Of a stretch of 64,000 nt of DNA, positions 28,475-38,046 are shown piece by piece. Location: contig JBAYUK010000001.1 of the NCBI GenBank assembly GCA_041675145.1, forward strand, positions 106,751 through 170,750. Reading direction: 5' to 3'. Source of the DNA: Patescibacteria group bacterium. GTDB taxonomy: Bacteria; Patescibacteriota; JACPGU01. The first letter of the stretch is position 1. Each line of letters starts with the position of its first letter. A model generated the notes under the pieces. The model was not told the origin of the DNA and searched no databases. It was given only the letters and a program-made list of their open reading frames with translations. A program made the position numbers and the translations under genes.

Positions 28475-28762
28475 TTATTTTCCGGCCTTTGACTGTTCCT
28501 TTGCCATCTTTCCTCCGTGACCCTTGAACTTACAAGTTGGAGAAAATTCGCCAAGACGATGTCCTACCATGTTTTCAGTCACTACTACCGGTAAGTGATC
28601 CTTACCATTGTGTACACCAAAAGTGAATCCAACCATCGATGGAGCGATTTGGCAGTCTCGTGCCCAGGTTTTAATAACCGTCTTGCTACCCGCCGAAAGC
28701 CCTTCGAGCTTCTTCATGAGGCGTTCATCGAGATATGGTCCTTTTTTAGTACTTCTGCTCAT
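28475..28762 (-). CDS. rpsS: 30S ribosomal protein S19
   Basis: '[15 protein letters not shown]' is canonical uS19. Confidence 0.95.
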   Translation of the reverse strand: MSRSTKKGPYLDERLMKKLEGLSAGSKTVIKTWARDCQIAPSMVGFTFGVHNGKDHLPVVVTENMVGHRLGEFSPTCKFKGHGGKMAKEQSKAGK

Positions 28763-28786
28763 AGTGTATGACTTAACTTATGGTGA

Positions 28787-29620
28787 TTATTTCTTCTTGC
28801 GGCGCTGGATAATAAACTGATTGGTTCGCTTATTTGACCGAGTCTTGACTCCCATCGCTTTCTTGCCCCATGGAGTCTTTGGTCCCTTTTTAAGACCAAT
28901 TGGTGCTCGTCCTTCTCCACCTCCATGTGGGTGGTCTACCGGGTTCATCACTGAACCACGAACAGTTGGACGACGGTTCATCATACGACTGCGGCCTGCC
29001 TTACCAATAACGACTAAGTTATGCTCAGAATTACTCACAGAACCAATCGATGCGTAACAGTTCTTGTGTACGCGACGAAGCTCTGAAGATGGCATTTTGA
29101 TCGTAACCCAGTCACCTTCTTTAGCCATGATAGTAGCAGATGAACCTGCTGAACGCACGATTTGACCACCACGGTTAATAGAAAGTTCAATATTGTAAAT
29201 AGCAATTCCTGCGGGGATAACTGAAAGCGGTAGACGGTTACCAGTCTTAATTGGAGCAGTAGTTGCCGTAATAATCTCGTCTCCTACCTTAATACCCGCT
29301 GGAGCTAGAAGATAGCGCTTGTCTCCGTCTTTGTATGAAATAAGCATGATATATGCTGAGCGATTCGGATCATAGGCAACATCTGCAACGCGTCCAACAA
29401 TGTCTTTTTTAAGTTGAGTAAAATCAACCAAACGAAGTTTTCTGCGCACTCCACCACCTTGGTGACGCACTGCAATCTTACCATGACTTGCACGACCAGC
29501 GTTTTTGCGCTTTCCAAAAGTAAGCTTCTTATGAGGCTTCTTTTCAGTAACTTCAGCAAAGTCAACCACTGTCATGGTTCGTCTGCTAGGCGTTAATGGT
29601 CGGTATGATTTGATTGCCAT
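28787..29620 (-). CDS. rplB: 50S ribosomal protein L2
   Basis: 'MAIKSYRPLTPSRR' and 'GGGEGRAPIG'. Confidence 0.95.
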   Translation of the reverse strand: MAIKSYRPLTPSRRTMTVVDFAEVTEKKPHKKLTFGKRKNAGRASHGKIAVRHQGGGVRRKLRLVDFTQLKKDIVGRVADVAYDPNRSAYIMLISYKDGDKRYLLAPAGIKVGDEIITATTAPIKTGNRLPLSVIPAGIAIYNIELSINRGGQIVRSAGSSATIMAKEGDWVTIKMPSSELRRVHKNCYASIGSVSNSEHNLVVIGKAGRSRMMNRRPTVRGSVMNPVDHPHGGGEGRAPIGLKKGPKTPWGKKAMGVKTRSNKRTNQFIIQRRKKK

Positions 29621-29634
29621 GGGACTGGGATAAA

Positions 29635-30006
29635 TTATGCTTCGTGAGTATGATTATGACCTTCATGATCGTGATCATGAGTATCTTCTGCCTTCTTCTT
29701 AACAGTCTTAACCTTTACCTTTGGTTCTTCTGCCTTGGTACGAATAGTCTTTCCCTTCTCAAGCGTTACAATTGCTTTCTTGTATCCAGCAACAACCCCG
29801 GAAATGCGTCCGCGACGCTTCGTCTTTTCCTGAGTGTTAATGATTCTCACCTGAGTAACCTTGGTATTGAAAATTTTCTCAACTGCCTGCTTTACTTCAA
29901 ACTTATTCGTTGTTGGCGCTACCTTAAAGACATAAATACCCTTCTGCTCAGCGATTGCAGTCTTTTCAGTGATTACCGGGAATTGTAAGACAGATTCGTG
30001 TTTCAT
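29635..30006 (-). CDS. rplW: 50S ribosomal protein L23 with His-rich C-terminal tail (THDHDHEGHNHTHEA)
   Basis: uL23 core 'PVITEKTAIAEQKGIYVFKV'. Confidence 0.9.
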   Translation of the reverse strand: MKHESVLQFPVITEKTAIAEQKGIYVFKVAPTTNKFEVKQAVEKIFNTKVTQVRIINTQEKTKRRGRISGVVAGYKKAIVTLEKGKTIRTKAEEPKVKVKTVKKKAEDTHDHDHEGHNHTHEA

Positions 30007-30008
30007 AA

Positions 30009-30599
30009 TTATGCAGCTTGATTAAAACTCGCAAGAACTTCAGCACTCATCATAACAACTGGGTTATTGAGCAAGAAATATACATTAAGCTTTCTTACGG
30101 GAATAACAGAAACCGTTGGTGTGTTTTTTACTCCACGGATTAGTGCATTGCCGTTTTCACTCACAAACATCGCGTCATCCAAGACAATAAGTGCCTTGCG
30201 ATCCACACTGTTCTTTGCTAAAAATGCAATTACTTCTTTCGTCTTACCAGAAAAACTTGGTACTGAGTCAATGATCTTCAATTGACCCTCTTCCTGCTTT
30301 CCAGATAATACGGCCCAAATAGCTGCATTCTTCTGCTTCTTGTTAATACTGAGCGCAAAATTGCGGTTTGAACGAGGTCCAAAGGTAATACCACCACCAA
30401 CCCAAATCGGTGAACGATTAGAACCGTGACGAGCACGCCCTGTACCTTTTTGCTTCCATGGCTTGCGACCACCACCACGAACCTCAGACTTATCTTTCGT
30501 ATGAGCAATAGCTACGCGACGGTTTGCAAGATTTGCACGCAAAGCCAAAGCAATAGTTGCTGGTGAAGTAGTCTTAGTTGTAGTAGTTGCTGCTTTCAT
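30009..30599 (-). CDS. rplD: 50S ribosomal protein L4
   Basis: uL4 fold in the conserved position. Confidence 0.9.
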   Translation of the reverse strand: MKAATTTTKTTSPATIALALRANLANRRVAIAHTKDKSEVRGGGRKPWKQKGTGRARHGSNRSPIWVGGGITFGPRSNRNFALSINKKQKNAAIWAVLSGKQEEGQLKIIDSVPSFSGKTKEVIAFLAKNSVDRKALIVLDDAMFVSENGNALIRGVKNTPTVSVIPVRKLNVYFLLNNPVVMMSAEVLASFNQAA

Positions 30600-30618
30600 G
30601 ATAGTAAAAAGTCAAAAA

Positions 30619-31230
30619 TTAATTTCCTGCGATTTCAAGAAGTCGTCCAACTACTCCCGGAACTCCTCCACGAACAAGGATAATATTGTTAGCCTGGTCA
30701 ACATCGACTACCGTCAAGTTCATAACTGACTTGCGCGTGTCTCCGTATTTTCCTGCCATGCGCATACCTTTAATAACATGCTGTGGGAAGGTTGAACCAA
30801 TTGAACCAACTTTTCTCTGTTGCGGGTGACCGTGAGAAGCAGGATGTCCCTTAAAGCCATAACGCTTTACTGGACCAGTAAACCCACGACCCTTAATCTG
30901 ACCTGAGACTTTTACTTTATCTCCCTTTGAGAAAAGAGAAACATCAAAAGTGTTACCAAGAGCCATAGTGCCTGCCTCTTCTTCTGTAATACGAGCCTCT
31001 CGTGTATAACGGGGAGTAGTTTCACTCTTTGCAAAGTGACCAGTAGCTGGCTTATTAAGCTTTTTCGCTGTACCAAGACCAATTTGAACCGCAGCATACC
31101 CATCTGACTCACGGGTCTTTACTTGAGTAACTACACAAGGACCAGCTTGAATAACCGTCACTGGGATGAGGGTTCCTTGTTCATCAATAATTGATGTCAT
31201 ACCGATTTTCGTACCAAGAAGAAATTTCAT
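30619..31230 (-). CDS. rplC: 50S ribosomal protein L3 (start at internal 'MKFLLGTKIGMT')
   Basis: uL3 N-terminal motif. SD 'GGAAG' upstream of that ATG. Confidence 0.9.
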   Translation of the reverse strand: MKFLLGTKIGMTSIIDEQGTLIPVTVIQAGPCVVTQVKTRESDGYAAVQIGLGTAKKLNKPATGHFAKSETTPRYTREARITEEEAGTMALGNTFDVSLFSKGDKVKVSGQIKGRGFTGPVKRYGFKGHPASHGHPQQRKVGSIGSTFPQHVIKGMRMAGKYGDTRKSVMNLTVVDVDQANNIILVRGGVPGVVGRLLEIAGN

Positions 31231-31285
31231 AGCTTCCAAATATTTGTGCGTTTGCAACAGATGAGATCCTGTTACACAGCCACAA

Positions 31286-31648
31286 TTACATCCTTATTTC
31301 AATATCTACACCAGCTGGCAGATTGAGACTCATAAGAGAATCAATAGTTTTAGCAGAAGGATCAAAAATATCAATCAAGCGCTTGTGAATACGCATAGCA
31401 AACTGCTCCTGTGAATTCTTGTGCACAAATGTTGAGCGCAGTACTGAGAAAAGATTGCGTTCAGTAGGCAATGGAATTGGTCCTGCTACTGTTGCTCCTG
31501 TTCTCTTTACTGTTTCCAGTATCTGTGCTGCCGACTGGTCAAGTACCTTATGGTCATACGACTTTAACTTAAGTCGCACACGCTGTGTGGTAGTCTTAGC
31601 CGCCTTTGGCGCTGCTGATTTTACTTTGGCTTCTGTTTTTTCTGCCAT
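31286..31648 (-). CDS. rpsJ: 30S ribosomal protein S10
   Basis: '[21 protein letters not shown]' is uS10. Confidence 0.95.
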   Translation of the reverse strand: MAEKTEAKVKSAAPKAAKTTTQRVRLKLKSYDHKVLDQSAAQILETVKRTGATVAGPIPLPTERNLFSVLRSTFVHKNSQEQFAMRIHKRLIDIFDPSAKTIDSLMSLNLPAGVDIEIRM

Positions 31649-31782
31649 ATGGATTATAGCTGTAAAGAGTTACTTTACGGTCATGTTACTGATATCCACG
31701 CGACTGAGGAATTCCCCAATCGTCTGATTACCAGACGGCAAGTACCTGAAGGGTGTTGCGCATGCAACACCCTTCAGAGAAC

Positions 31783-32964
31783 TTACGCGACGATCTTCGT
31801 TACAATTCCTGCTCCTACTGTGCGTCCACCTTCGCGAATAGCGAAACGAACACCATCTTCAAGAGCGATCGGAGTAATAAGCTTCACATTGATTTTGATA
31901 GTATCACCAGGCATTACCATTTCAACACCCTCTGGCAAGATTACTTCACCAGTTACATCGGTTGTACGGATGTAGAACTGTGGCTTGTAACCCTTCAAGA
32001 ATGGAGTGTGGCGTCCGCCTTCTTCCTTCTTCAATACATATACTTCACCTTCAAACTCAGAGTATGGCTTGATTGATCCTGTCTTAGCCAAAACCTGACC
32101 ACGCTCGATGTCTTCACGCTCAATACCGCGCAAAAGAACACCTACGTTGTCACCTGCTTGACCCTGATCGAGCAACTTACGGAACATTTCTACTCCAGTA
32201 ACAGTTACTTTCTTAGTGTCTTTAATTCCGAGGATTTCAACTTCTTCACCAACCTTTACGATACCGCGCTCAATACGACCAGTTGCTACAGTTCCACGAC
32301 CCTTAATTGAGAATACATCCTCGATCGGCATAAGGAACGGCTTGTCAGTCTGACGAACTGGTTCTGGGATATAGGTATCAAGAGCTTTTACCAATTCCAT
32401 AATGTGGTCTTCTTCAGCAGCGTCTCCTTCAAGAGCCTTCAGTGCTGAACCACGGATAATTGGAGTGTCTTTACCTGGGAATTCGTTCTTAGTCAAAAGA
32501 TCACGAACTTCTTCCTCAACAAGGTCAATAAGATCCTTGTCTGGAACCATGTCACACTTATTCAAGAATACTACGATATATGGAACACCTACCTGACGAG
32601 CAAGAAGAATGTGTTCACGAGTCTGAGGCATAGGACCGTCAGTAGCAGATACTACAAGGATAGCACCGTCCATCTGAGCAGCTCCTGTGATCATGTTCTT
32701 GATGTAGTCAGCGTGACCTGGACAGTCAACGTGTGCGTAGTGACGTACTTCTGACTCATACTCTACGTGTGAGGTATTAATAGTAATACCACGTGCTTTT
32801 TCTTCTGGCGCATTGTCAATCTGCGCATAACTCTTCGCTTGAGAAAAACCCTTCTTTGCAAGAACGGTTGTAATCGCAGCCGTAAGTGTTGTCTTACCGT
32901 GGTCTACGTGACCGATTGTACCCACATTGATGTGAGTTTTGTTTCGCTGAAAAGCATCTGCCAT
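31783..32964 (-). CDS. tuf: Elongation factor Tu
   Basis: '[15 protein letters not shown]', 'DCPGHADY' and 'NKCD' G-motifs. 393 aa. Confidence 0.97.
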   Translation of the reverse strand: MADAFQRNKTHINVGTIGHVDHGKTTLTAAITTVLAKKGFSQAKSYAQIDNAPEEKARGITINTSHVEYESEVRHYAHVDCPGHADYIKNMITGAAQMDGAILVVSATDGPMPQTREHILLARQVGVPYIVVFLNKCDMVPDKDLIDLVEEEVRDLLTKNEFPGKDTPIIRGSALKALEGDAAEEDHIMELVKALDTYIPEPVRQTDKPFLMPIEDVFSIKGRGTVATGRIERGIVKVGEEVEILGIKDTKKVTVTGVEMFRKLLDQGQAGDNVGVLLRGIEREDIERGQVLAKTGSIKPYSEFEGEVYVLKKEEGGRHTPFLKGYKPQFYIRTTDVTGEVILPEGVEMVMPGDTIKINVKLITPIALEDGVRFAIREGGRTVGAGIVTKIVA

Positions 32965-33084
32965 GGCAATATTCCTTTCTTTTACTTAGTGTGTATTGAT
33001 AAATATCTAGATTAAGCTCTTTTTTAGCACTATTTAAATGTAGCGCAAAAAAGAAAAGTCGCACGTAAAATGCACTTGAAGTTC

Positions 33085-33113
33085 ATTCTACTCTATATTT
33101 TGATCTGTTGCAA
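33085..33113 (-). promoter_or_regulatory. tuf promoter: TTGCAA-17 nt-TAGAAT on minus strand
   Basis: Minus-strand read: CCCTTGCAACAGATCAAAATATAGAGTAGAAT. Its upstream half is identical to the infA promoter. Confidence 0.6.
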
Positions 33114-33142
33114 GGGGAATTTTTCGAGAAAGAGAGGTCTTA

Positions 33143-33757
33143 CTATAGCAACTCTAGTAAATGAGTTATGCTAGAAATGTAGTGATCTGGGTTCGCCTGT
33201 TTTAGCTTTTCTTCTGGTTGGTATCCCCAGCCCAACGCAACAGTCATGACGCCTGCCTTTTTACCTGCATCAATATCGTGCGTCATATCTCCGACATATG
33301 CAGTTTCCTGTGAACTAAAATTATTCCTCTGGAGGATATCTTGTATAGCTACTGTTTTGTCGTGGATACTACCGTTAATCTCCTGAAAGAAAGGTTGCAA
33401 CCCATAATATGCCGCCTCTGTTATGAGCTTGTCATGGGGATGAGAACTAATAACGATCATACTGATACTGCACGATCTCAGCTCTTCGAGTACTGAGACC
33501 ACCCCAGGATAGATAGTTGGTTCTTCCACCTGGTGAATCGCCTCCAGATAAAGGGCATCCTGTTTTTCTTTGGTCAAATCTGGAAAATACTTGTGCCAAA
33601 AAAGCATGTACGGTAAAACAAACTCTCTTCTGCATTCATCTTGAGATATCGGTTCATGTCCTAGTACTTTAAAAACTAAAGCGATCGCCTTACAAACAGG
33701 AGTAAAATCGTCACTTAGAGTACCAGACCAATCAAAGATAATATTCTTTATCATCAT
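33143..33757 (-). CDS. HAD-superfamily hydrolase (phosphoglycolate phosphatase-like)
   Basis: Motif I 'IIFDWSGTL' (DxD variant) and motif IV 'VGDMTHD'. Confidence 0.75.
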   Translation of the reverse strand: MMIKNIIFDWSGTLSDDFTPVCKAIALVFKVLGHEPISQDECRREFVLPYMLFWHKYFPDLTKEKQDALYLEAIHQVEEPTIYPGVVSVLEELRSCSISMIVISSHPHDKLITEAAYYGLQPFFQEINGSIHDKTVAIQDILQRNNFSSQETAYVGDMTHDIDAGKKAGVMTVALGWGYQPEEKLKQANPDHYISSITHLLELL

Positions 33758-33763
33758 TCAAGT

Positions 33764-34219
33764 CTAGTCTCCTGAAATTACTAATCTCATCTCTCCTGTT
33801 TGTACAAACCCCATATCCTCATAAAGTTTTCTTGCAAATCTTGAGGCATCTAGTTTTATAAATGTAACACCATTCATCTTAAACCACTTAATTACGGACT
33901 CCGTTAGAGTTTTGGCAATCCCTTTTTTTCTAAAAAGTGACTCAACGAAAACATCTAATATCCAGCCATAATTTCTGCAATTAAGAGCGATGAACGGGAA
34001 ATCGTCTCTTATAAATCCTCCTGCAATTCCTACAAGTTTGTCATCTTCATAATATCCAAAGTGTATTCCTTTATTTTGTTCATACATTTCCTTATAGTAT
34101 TTGGTTGATACCTCTCTCCAGTCAGGCGCAAGATGCTTGTCGGCTTGATTCTCTTCTAGCATTTTAAACCTAAGATCTAAAATCTGAGGAATGTCAGCAA
34201 CTGTCATTTCTTTAATCAT
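33764..34219 (-). CDS. GNAT family N-acetyltransferase (start at internal Met)
   Basis: Acetyl-CoA motif 'FRKKGIAKTL'. The N-terminal 36 aa of the ORF-track frame is unlikely to be real. Confidence 0.7.
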   Translation of the reverse strand: MIKEMTVADIPQILDLRFKMLEENQADKHLAPDWREVSTKYYKEMYEQNKGIHFGYYEDDKLVGIAGGFIRDDFPFIALNCRNYGWILDVFVESLFRKKGIAKTLTESVIKWFKMNGVTFIKLDASRFARKLYEDMGFVQTGEMRLVISGD

Positions 34220-34277
34220 AATAATTCTGAGGTTAATAGTAATTGTTACTTGAAATAATAAAGGAAATAAGAACGAC

Positions 34278-34739
34278 TTAATAGAGACTACATATTTTCT
34301 TCCCAATATCATACGCCACGATCCCAAAAGCTACTGATACATTAAAAGATTTGCGACTACCCAGCATTGGGATGTGAATGAGTTGGTCAGCCTGATCTCT
34401 AAGAGATTTAGATACTCCCCTCACTTCGTTACCCATTAATAATGCTATCTTTTTATTAGGCACAAGATTCTTGAAGTCAATTGAACGACTGTCTTGCTCG
34501 CATACGACTATCTGATATCCCTCCAATTTGAGCTTCTTTATAACATACGATATGTTCCTACGGTACTCCCAGGGAATCCGATTCTCTGACCCAAGAGCTA
34601 CCTTGGCAATCTCACGACGAGGAGGAAACCCAGTATATCCAGTCAAATACACCTTAGAAACACCCGCTCCTTCGCTGGTCCGAAAGATCGAACCAACGTT
34701 GTGCAGACTCCTGATATTATGCGCAATGACGATAAGCAT
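34278..34739 (-). CDS. SpoU/TrmH-family RNA 2'-O-methyltransferase
   Basis: SPOUT motifs 'VGSIFRTSEGAG' and 'LLMGNEVRGVS'. Confidence 0.75.
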   Translation of the reverse strand: MLIVIAHNIRSLHNVGSIFRTSEGAGVSKVYLTGYTGFPPRREIAKVALGSENRIPWEYRRNISYVIKKLKLEGYQIVVCEQDSRSIDFKNLVPNKKIALLMGNEVRGVSKSLRDQADQLIHIPMLGSRKSFNVSVAFGIVAYDIGKKICSLY

Positions 34740-34889
34740 ACAGAAAGTATATCAGTAAGTATGGTAGAACGAAACAGTAACGCAACCCAGCTATTCACAG
34801 GTAATTATGAAATAATTTGCCTTATTATGGCTATTTAATATCAATATGATATAATACGGGAACAAAAAAATCAAAGTGAGGTTATAACC

Positions 34890-35429
34890 GTGAAAAAGAA
34901 AGCTTCTAAAGCCCCTTCACAACCAGCCAATAAACGACTCCGAAGCGCTCTTGCGGTGTGTCAAGAGACACAAGTCAAGGTGTACGACCAAATCACGGAA
35001 CACATAAAAAAAATCCGTGGCCAAATGGCATTTAGCCTGTATGGAGCCGGCGAGACAGTCCTACTGTCTTCAGCCCAACCAGAGAAAACAACGACAGGTA
35101 TTGCTATCCTGTGGACACATCAGAGCAACCTGCCACAACACCTCAACCACCGTCTTGTGTTCGTCCCTAATACTCAAATCTATTCACACGACACCCGCCC
35201 CAAAGAAATGCTTGTGTTGGATATTTCGCAATGCGACCTACCGAATAAGCATGGACTACGAGAACGTCTTAAGGAGATCGACAAGCTTCAGAAACAAAAC
35301 AACGAGCTTTTTAACGACCTTGGAAAACTTCGTAAACTTCAGAAGTATTCAGACAAGGATGTTAAGCGAGTCGTTCCTGACTGGAGCCCTGACCGCGAGG
35401 TTTTACGCCGACACGGATTTCGAATCTAA
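34890..35429 (+). CDS. Hypothetical basic protein (179 aa), GTG start with SD 'AGTGAGG'
   Basis: Plus-strand ORF with an upstream TGATATAAT-like -10 element. Confidence 0.5.
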   Translation: MKKKASKAPSQPANKRLRSALAVCQETQVKVYDQITEHIKKIRGQMAFSLYGAGETVLLSSAQPEKTTTGIAILWTHQSNLPQHLNHRLVFVPNTQIYSHDTRPKEMLVLDISQCDLPNKHGLRERLKEIDKLQKQNNELFNDLGKLRKLQKYSDKDVKRVVPDWSPDREVLRRHGFRI

Positions 35430-35684
35430 AGGAGGATTCATGCCACGCCACACCCACTATTCTCGTTGAAAAAAATACCAGGGTCAAAAAGGGCAGAAAG
35501 GACAGAAACGCCACACTTCCGGCTCAGGCCTTTTTCAACAACAGGACGGAAGAATACCCCAAAGAAGTCTGAAACGACTTCTCAAACAAATCAAAGATGA
35601 AGCATGGAACAAGCCATATCGCCATTAACCATTTTTTGGGAGGAGAAAGATACTACCATCCTAACTCTCGCTCCAACGAACATA

Positions 35685-35708
35685 AGCGCCACCCTTCGGG
35701 GTGGCGCT
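35685..35708. terminator. Bidirectional stem-loop AGCGCCACCC-UUCG-GGGTGGCGCT between convergent transcription units
   Basis: 10-bp GC stem with a UUCG tetraloop and U-rich flanks on both strands. It argues against the overlapping ORF 35604..35822. Confidence 0.6.
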
Positions 35709-35742
35709 GTTGATTTCTATTTAGAAACTAACTACAAATACC

Positions 35743-36009
35743 TTATTTCTTATAAAGATAACTATGAGTGCCGATACGATAAAACAGTACCGTATCTTCT
35801 CCCGGAGCATAACGCAGTATAAGTCTAATGTCACCCGTTATGTCTATGCTTTGGAATCCTTCAAACCTACCCCTAAGGTGATGATAATTAAGAAGTGGAT
35901 CAAAGGGGTTTACTATAAATAGATTCACTCTTTCAATAAAGGATATCTTTTGACCCTTAAGAAGAGTTTTTACTTCCTTCTCGAATCGACGATGATTTTT
36001 TATTTTCAT
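35743..36009 (-). CDS. Type II toxin, RelE/ParE superfamily (YafQ-like mRNA interferase)
   Basis: 'HHLRGRFEGFQSIDITGDIRLILRY...FYRIGTHSYLY' matches the YafQ/RelE pattern. 4-nt overlap with the upstream antitoxin. Confidence 0.8.
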   Translation of the reverse strand: MKIKNHRRFEKEVKTLLKGQKISFIERVNLFIVNPFDPLLNYHHLRGRFEGFQSIDITGDIRLILRYAPGEDTVLFYRIGTHSYLYKK

Positions 36010-36293
36010 TTTTGCTTATCTATAGATGCCATCATTTCCTCAACACTATTAAAGGCAGGAGACCAGTTTATACCTTTTTTGTAGTCCTCATCTGCCTGTA
36101 GCAACTCTTCTGCAATCTCGTCTCGTAATTCATGTGTATCCTCGAGTACCACTCGACGATTTTTAACTGTTTCTCGAAGAGACATATTTACTAATGCAGT
36201 CATAGTAATACCAAATGTATCTGCCAACTTTTCCGCTTCTTTCTTGAACCCCTGGTCAATTTTAATGTGAAGCGTAGTAGTACTATTCTTCAT
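36006..36293 (-). CDS. Type II antitoxin, RelB/DinJ family (ribbon-helix-helix)
   Basis: 'TLHIKIDQGFKKEAEKLADTFGITMTALVNMSLRE' is a DinJ-like RHH N-terminus. Confidence 0.8.
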   Translation of the reverse strand: MKNSTTTLHIKIDQGFKKEAEKLADTFGITMTALVNMSLRETVKNRRVVLEDTHELRDEIAEELLQADEDYKKGINWSPAFNSVEEMMASIDKQK

Positions 36294-36308
36294 GCTGATA
36301 ACCTAATT

Positions 36309-36349
36309 GTATATACCTAAAATATACCTTTTTGGTATATACTTGTCAA
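36309..36349 (-). promoter_or_regulatory. TA promoter/operator: TTGACA-17-TATATT overlapped by a perfect 9-bp inverted repeat GTATATACC...GGTATATAC
   Basis: Seen directly; the typical autoregulatory architecture of a TA operon. Confidence 0.65.
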
Positions 36350-36363
36350 TAATTCTGTAGTCA

Positions 36364-36750
36364 CTATTTCTTATCTAGCTGTAGCGCTGCCGAGTTAATA
36401 CAATACCGCTCCCCTGTCTCGGTCGGTCCGTCTTTAAAAACATGTCCTAAATGTGAACCACAGTTCTTGCAGATTACTTCAGTTCGCTTCATGCCATGCG
36501 AAACATCATCAACCAGAACTACATGCTCTAAATCTGCTGGCCGGTCAAAAGATGGCCAGCCAGTACCAGACTCGAATTTGGCATCAGAAGAGAAAAGTTC
36601 TTGGGAACAAGCCGCACACTTATACATACCTGCTTCTTTTGTTGCACAATACTCTCCGGAAAACGGAGCCTCAGTCCCTTTGTGACGCAGTACTCCGTAC
36701 TGCTCAGGAGTAAGCTTTGCCTTCCACTCTTCATCGGATATATTCATCAT
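36364..36750 (-). CDS. msrB: Peptide-methionine (R)-S-oxide reductase
   Basis: SelR motifs 'GWPSF' and '[17 protein letters not shown]', with two CxxC pairs. Confidence 0.9.
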   Translation of the reverse strand: MMNISDEEWKAKLTPEQYGVLRHKGTEAPFSGEYCATKEAGMYKCAACSQELFSSDAKFESGTGWPSFDRPADLEHVVLVDDVSHGMKRTEVICKNCGSHLGHVFKDGPTETGERYCINSAALQLDKK

Positions 36751-36751
36751 A

Positions 36752-37138
36752 TTAGACCTCCTCGGTATGCTCGCGACGAATCACCGACCAGTGGTAACCC
36801 AAAAGTGGCAAGCCAACAATAAGGAGTGCAACATCTTGAGCAAGGTCACGATTCATGTTGTTCTTTTTATCCAGTGCCTTTCGCTCCTGGTCTTCTACTT
36901 TCTTCTGGGCATATTGTTCATCCGTACACGGTTTGCGGTCGTAGGTCATTGAGCTTGGCACATCCATATAACAGTCGGTACGAGTTAGTGGGTAGTTGTA
37001 TGAGTACCCGTCATTCGGGAACACATAGATACTTAACACGAGCTGGATCAGTGAGATAAGAGCGATAAGGACCATAATCAAGCCAGCTGCTGAAAAGCTA
37101 TACAGATAAATGTTGCGCAGTGAAAAAGAGAGTTTCAT
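36752..37138 (-). CDS. Small membrane protein (2 TM), start trimmed to Met-30 because the upstream part overlaps the gmk terminator
   Basis: Hydrophobic N-half and charged C-half. Confidence 0.45.
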   Translation of the reverse strand: MKLSFSLRNIYLYSFSAAGLIMVLIALISLIQLVLSIYVFPNDGYSYNYPLTRTDCYMDVPSSMTYDRKPCTDEQYAQKKVEDQERKALDKKNNMNRDLAQDVALLIVGLPLLGYHWSVIRREHTEEV

Positions 37139-37181
37139 ACAAAATTTTAATACTAATACCTCTATACTACCTACTTTATAC

Positions 37182-37216
37182 AAAAAAGAAACCCCAGCCT
37201 TTTGTAAGGTGGGGTT
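37182..37216 (-). terminator. Intrinsic terminator after gmk (AACCCCA...TGGGGTT with U-tract)
   Basis: 7-bp stem; T-rich on the minus strand downstream. Confidence 0.65.
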
Positions 37217-37235
37217 CCAGGTCAATGGTGCGAAT

Positions 37236-37913
37236 TTATAGGCGCTGAAGCCTCTGCATGCGCTGATGAATTATGTGCTCCAATTCAGCACATGCTTTTT
37301 CAAAGTTATCATTTACCAGCGAGCAGTCGAACAGCGGTTCAAATGCAAGCTCCTTCTTGGCTAGCTCGAGCCTCTCCTCAATGTTGTCTCGTCCCCCGCT
37401 CTCACGCATGCGCCGTTCTAGTTCGCGCATACTGGGAGGCTTGATCAGGACCGTAAGCACCAGTGGACCAAGCTCGTTCTTGATGTTTGTTGCTCCAACC
37501 GGCTCAACATCGAGCAAAAGATGCCTGCCATGATTAACCAACTGCATCACCTTATCTTTAGGAGTGCCATACCAGACACCTTCATGCACCTGGTTGGTTT
37601 CGAGAAAGAAACCCTCGTCTTTGAGTCGCAAAAAGGTCTTCTTGTCTGTGTGGGTGTAGTGCACTCCGTCGATTTCATCATAGACTTTACCAGTCTTTTT
37701 GCACACAACTCCAGTCCTCAGAGCCCTTGTGGTGCATGACACCACAAACCTGAATTTGTATTTTTCAACTAAACGGTTCTTCAAGGCTCCTTTTCCAACA
37801 GCAGATGGACCCGAGAGAACGAGCAGTTGCGGATTTGGGCCGTTCGAGCCAACAAATCCCTTGTAATCCATCTTCTTGGGCTTGCTTCTTTCTTCTTTCT
37901 TTACGTAAGCCAT
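37236..37913 (-). CDS. gmk: Guanylate kinase
   Basis: P-loop 'LSGPSAVGKG', 'VSCTTR' and NMP-binding motifs. Confidence 0.9.
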   Translation of the reverse strand: MAYVKKEERSKPKKMDYKGFVGSNGPNPQLLVLSGPSAVGKGALKNRLVEKYKFRFVVSCTTRALRTGVVCKKTGKVYDEIDGVHYTHTDKKTFLRLKDEGFFLETNQVHEGVWYGTPKDKVMQLVNHGRHLLLDVEPVGATNIKNELGPLVLTVLIKPPSMRELERRMRESGGRDNIEERLELAKKELAFEPLFDCSLVNDNFEKACAELEHIIHQRMQRLQRL

Positions 37914-38017
37914 TGCAGACTCCTTTCCTTGTGTGTATTTTCCGACTGTAAAAGAGGATCGAGGAGTAATGTCACTCCCTGATATTTCCTGTATTATAGC
38001 AGTTTTGTACTATACAT

Positions 38018-38046
38018 AAAAGACCCGCCTTGTAGCGGGTCTTTTA
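38018..38046. terminator. Bidirectional terminator AGACCCGC-CTTGTA-GCGGGTCT with A/T tracts
   Basis: 8-bp GC stem with flanking A4 and T4. Confidence 0.8.

Noticed and set aside
35604-35822. ORF-track CDS 35604..35822 (+, 72 aa)
   Set aside because: It reads straight through a 10-bp GC/UUCG hairpin terminator and overlaps the RelE-like toxin gene by 80 nt on the opposite strand. It is probably spurious.
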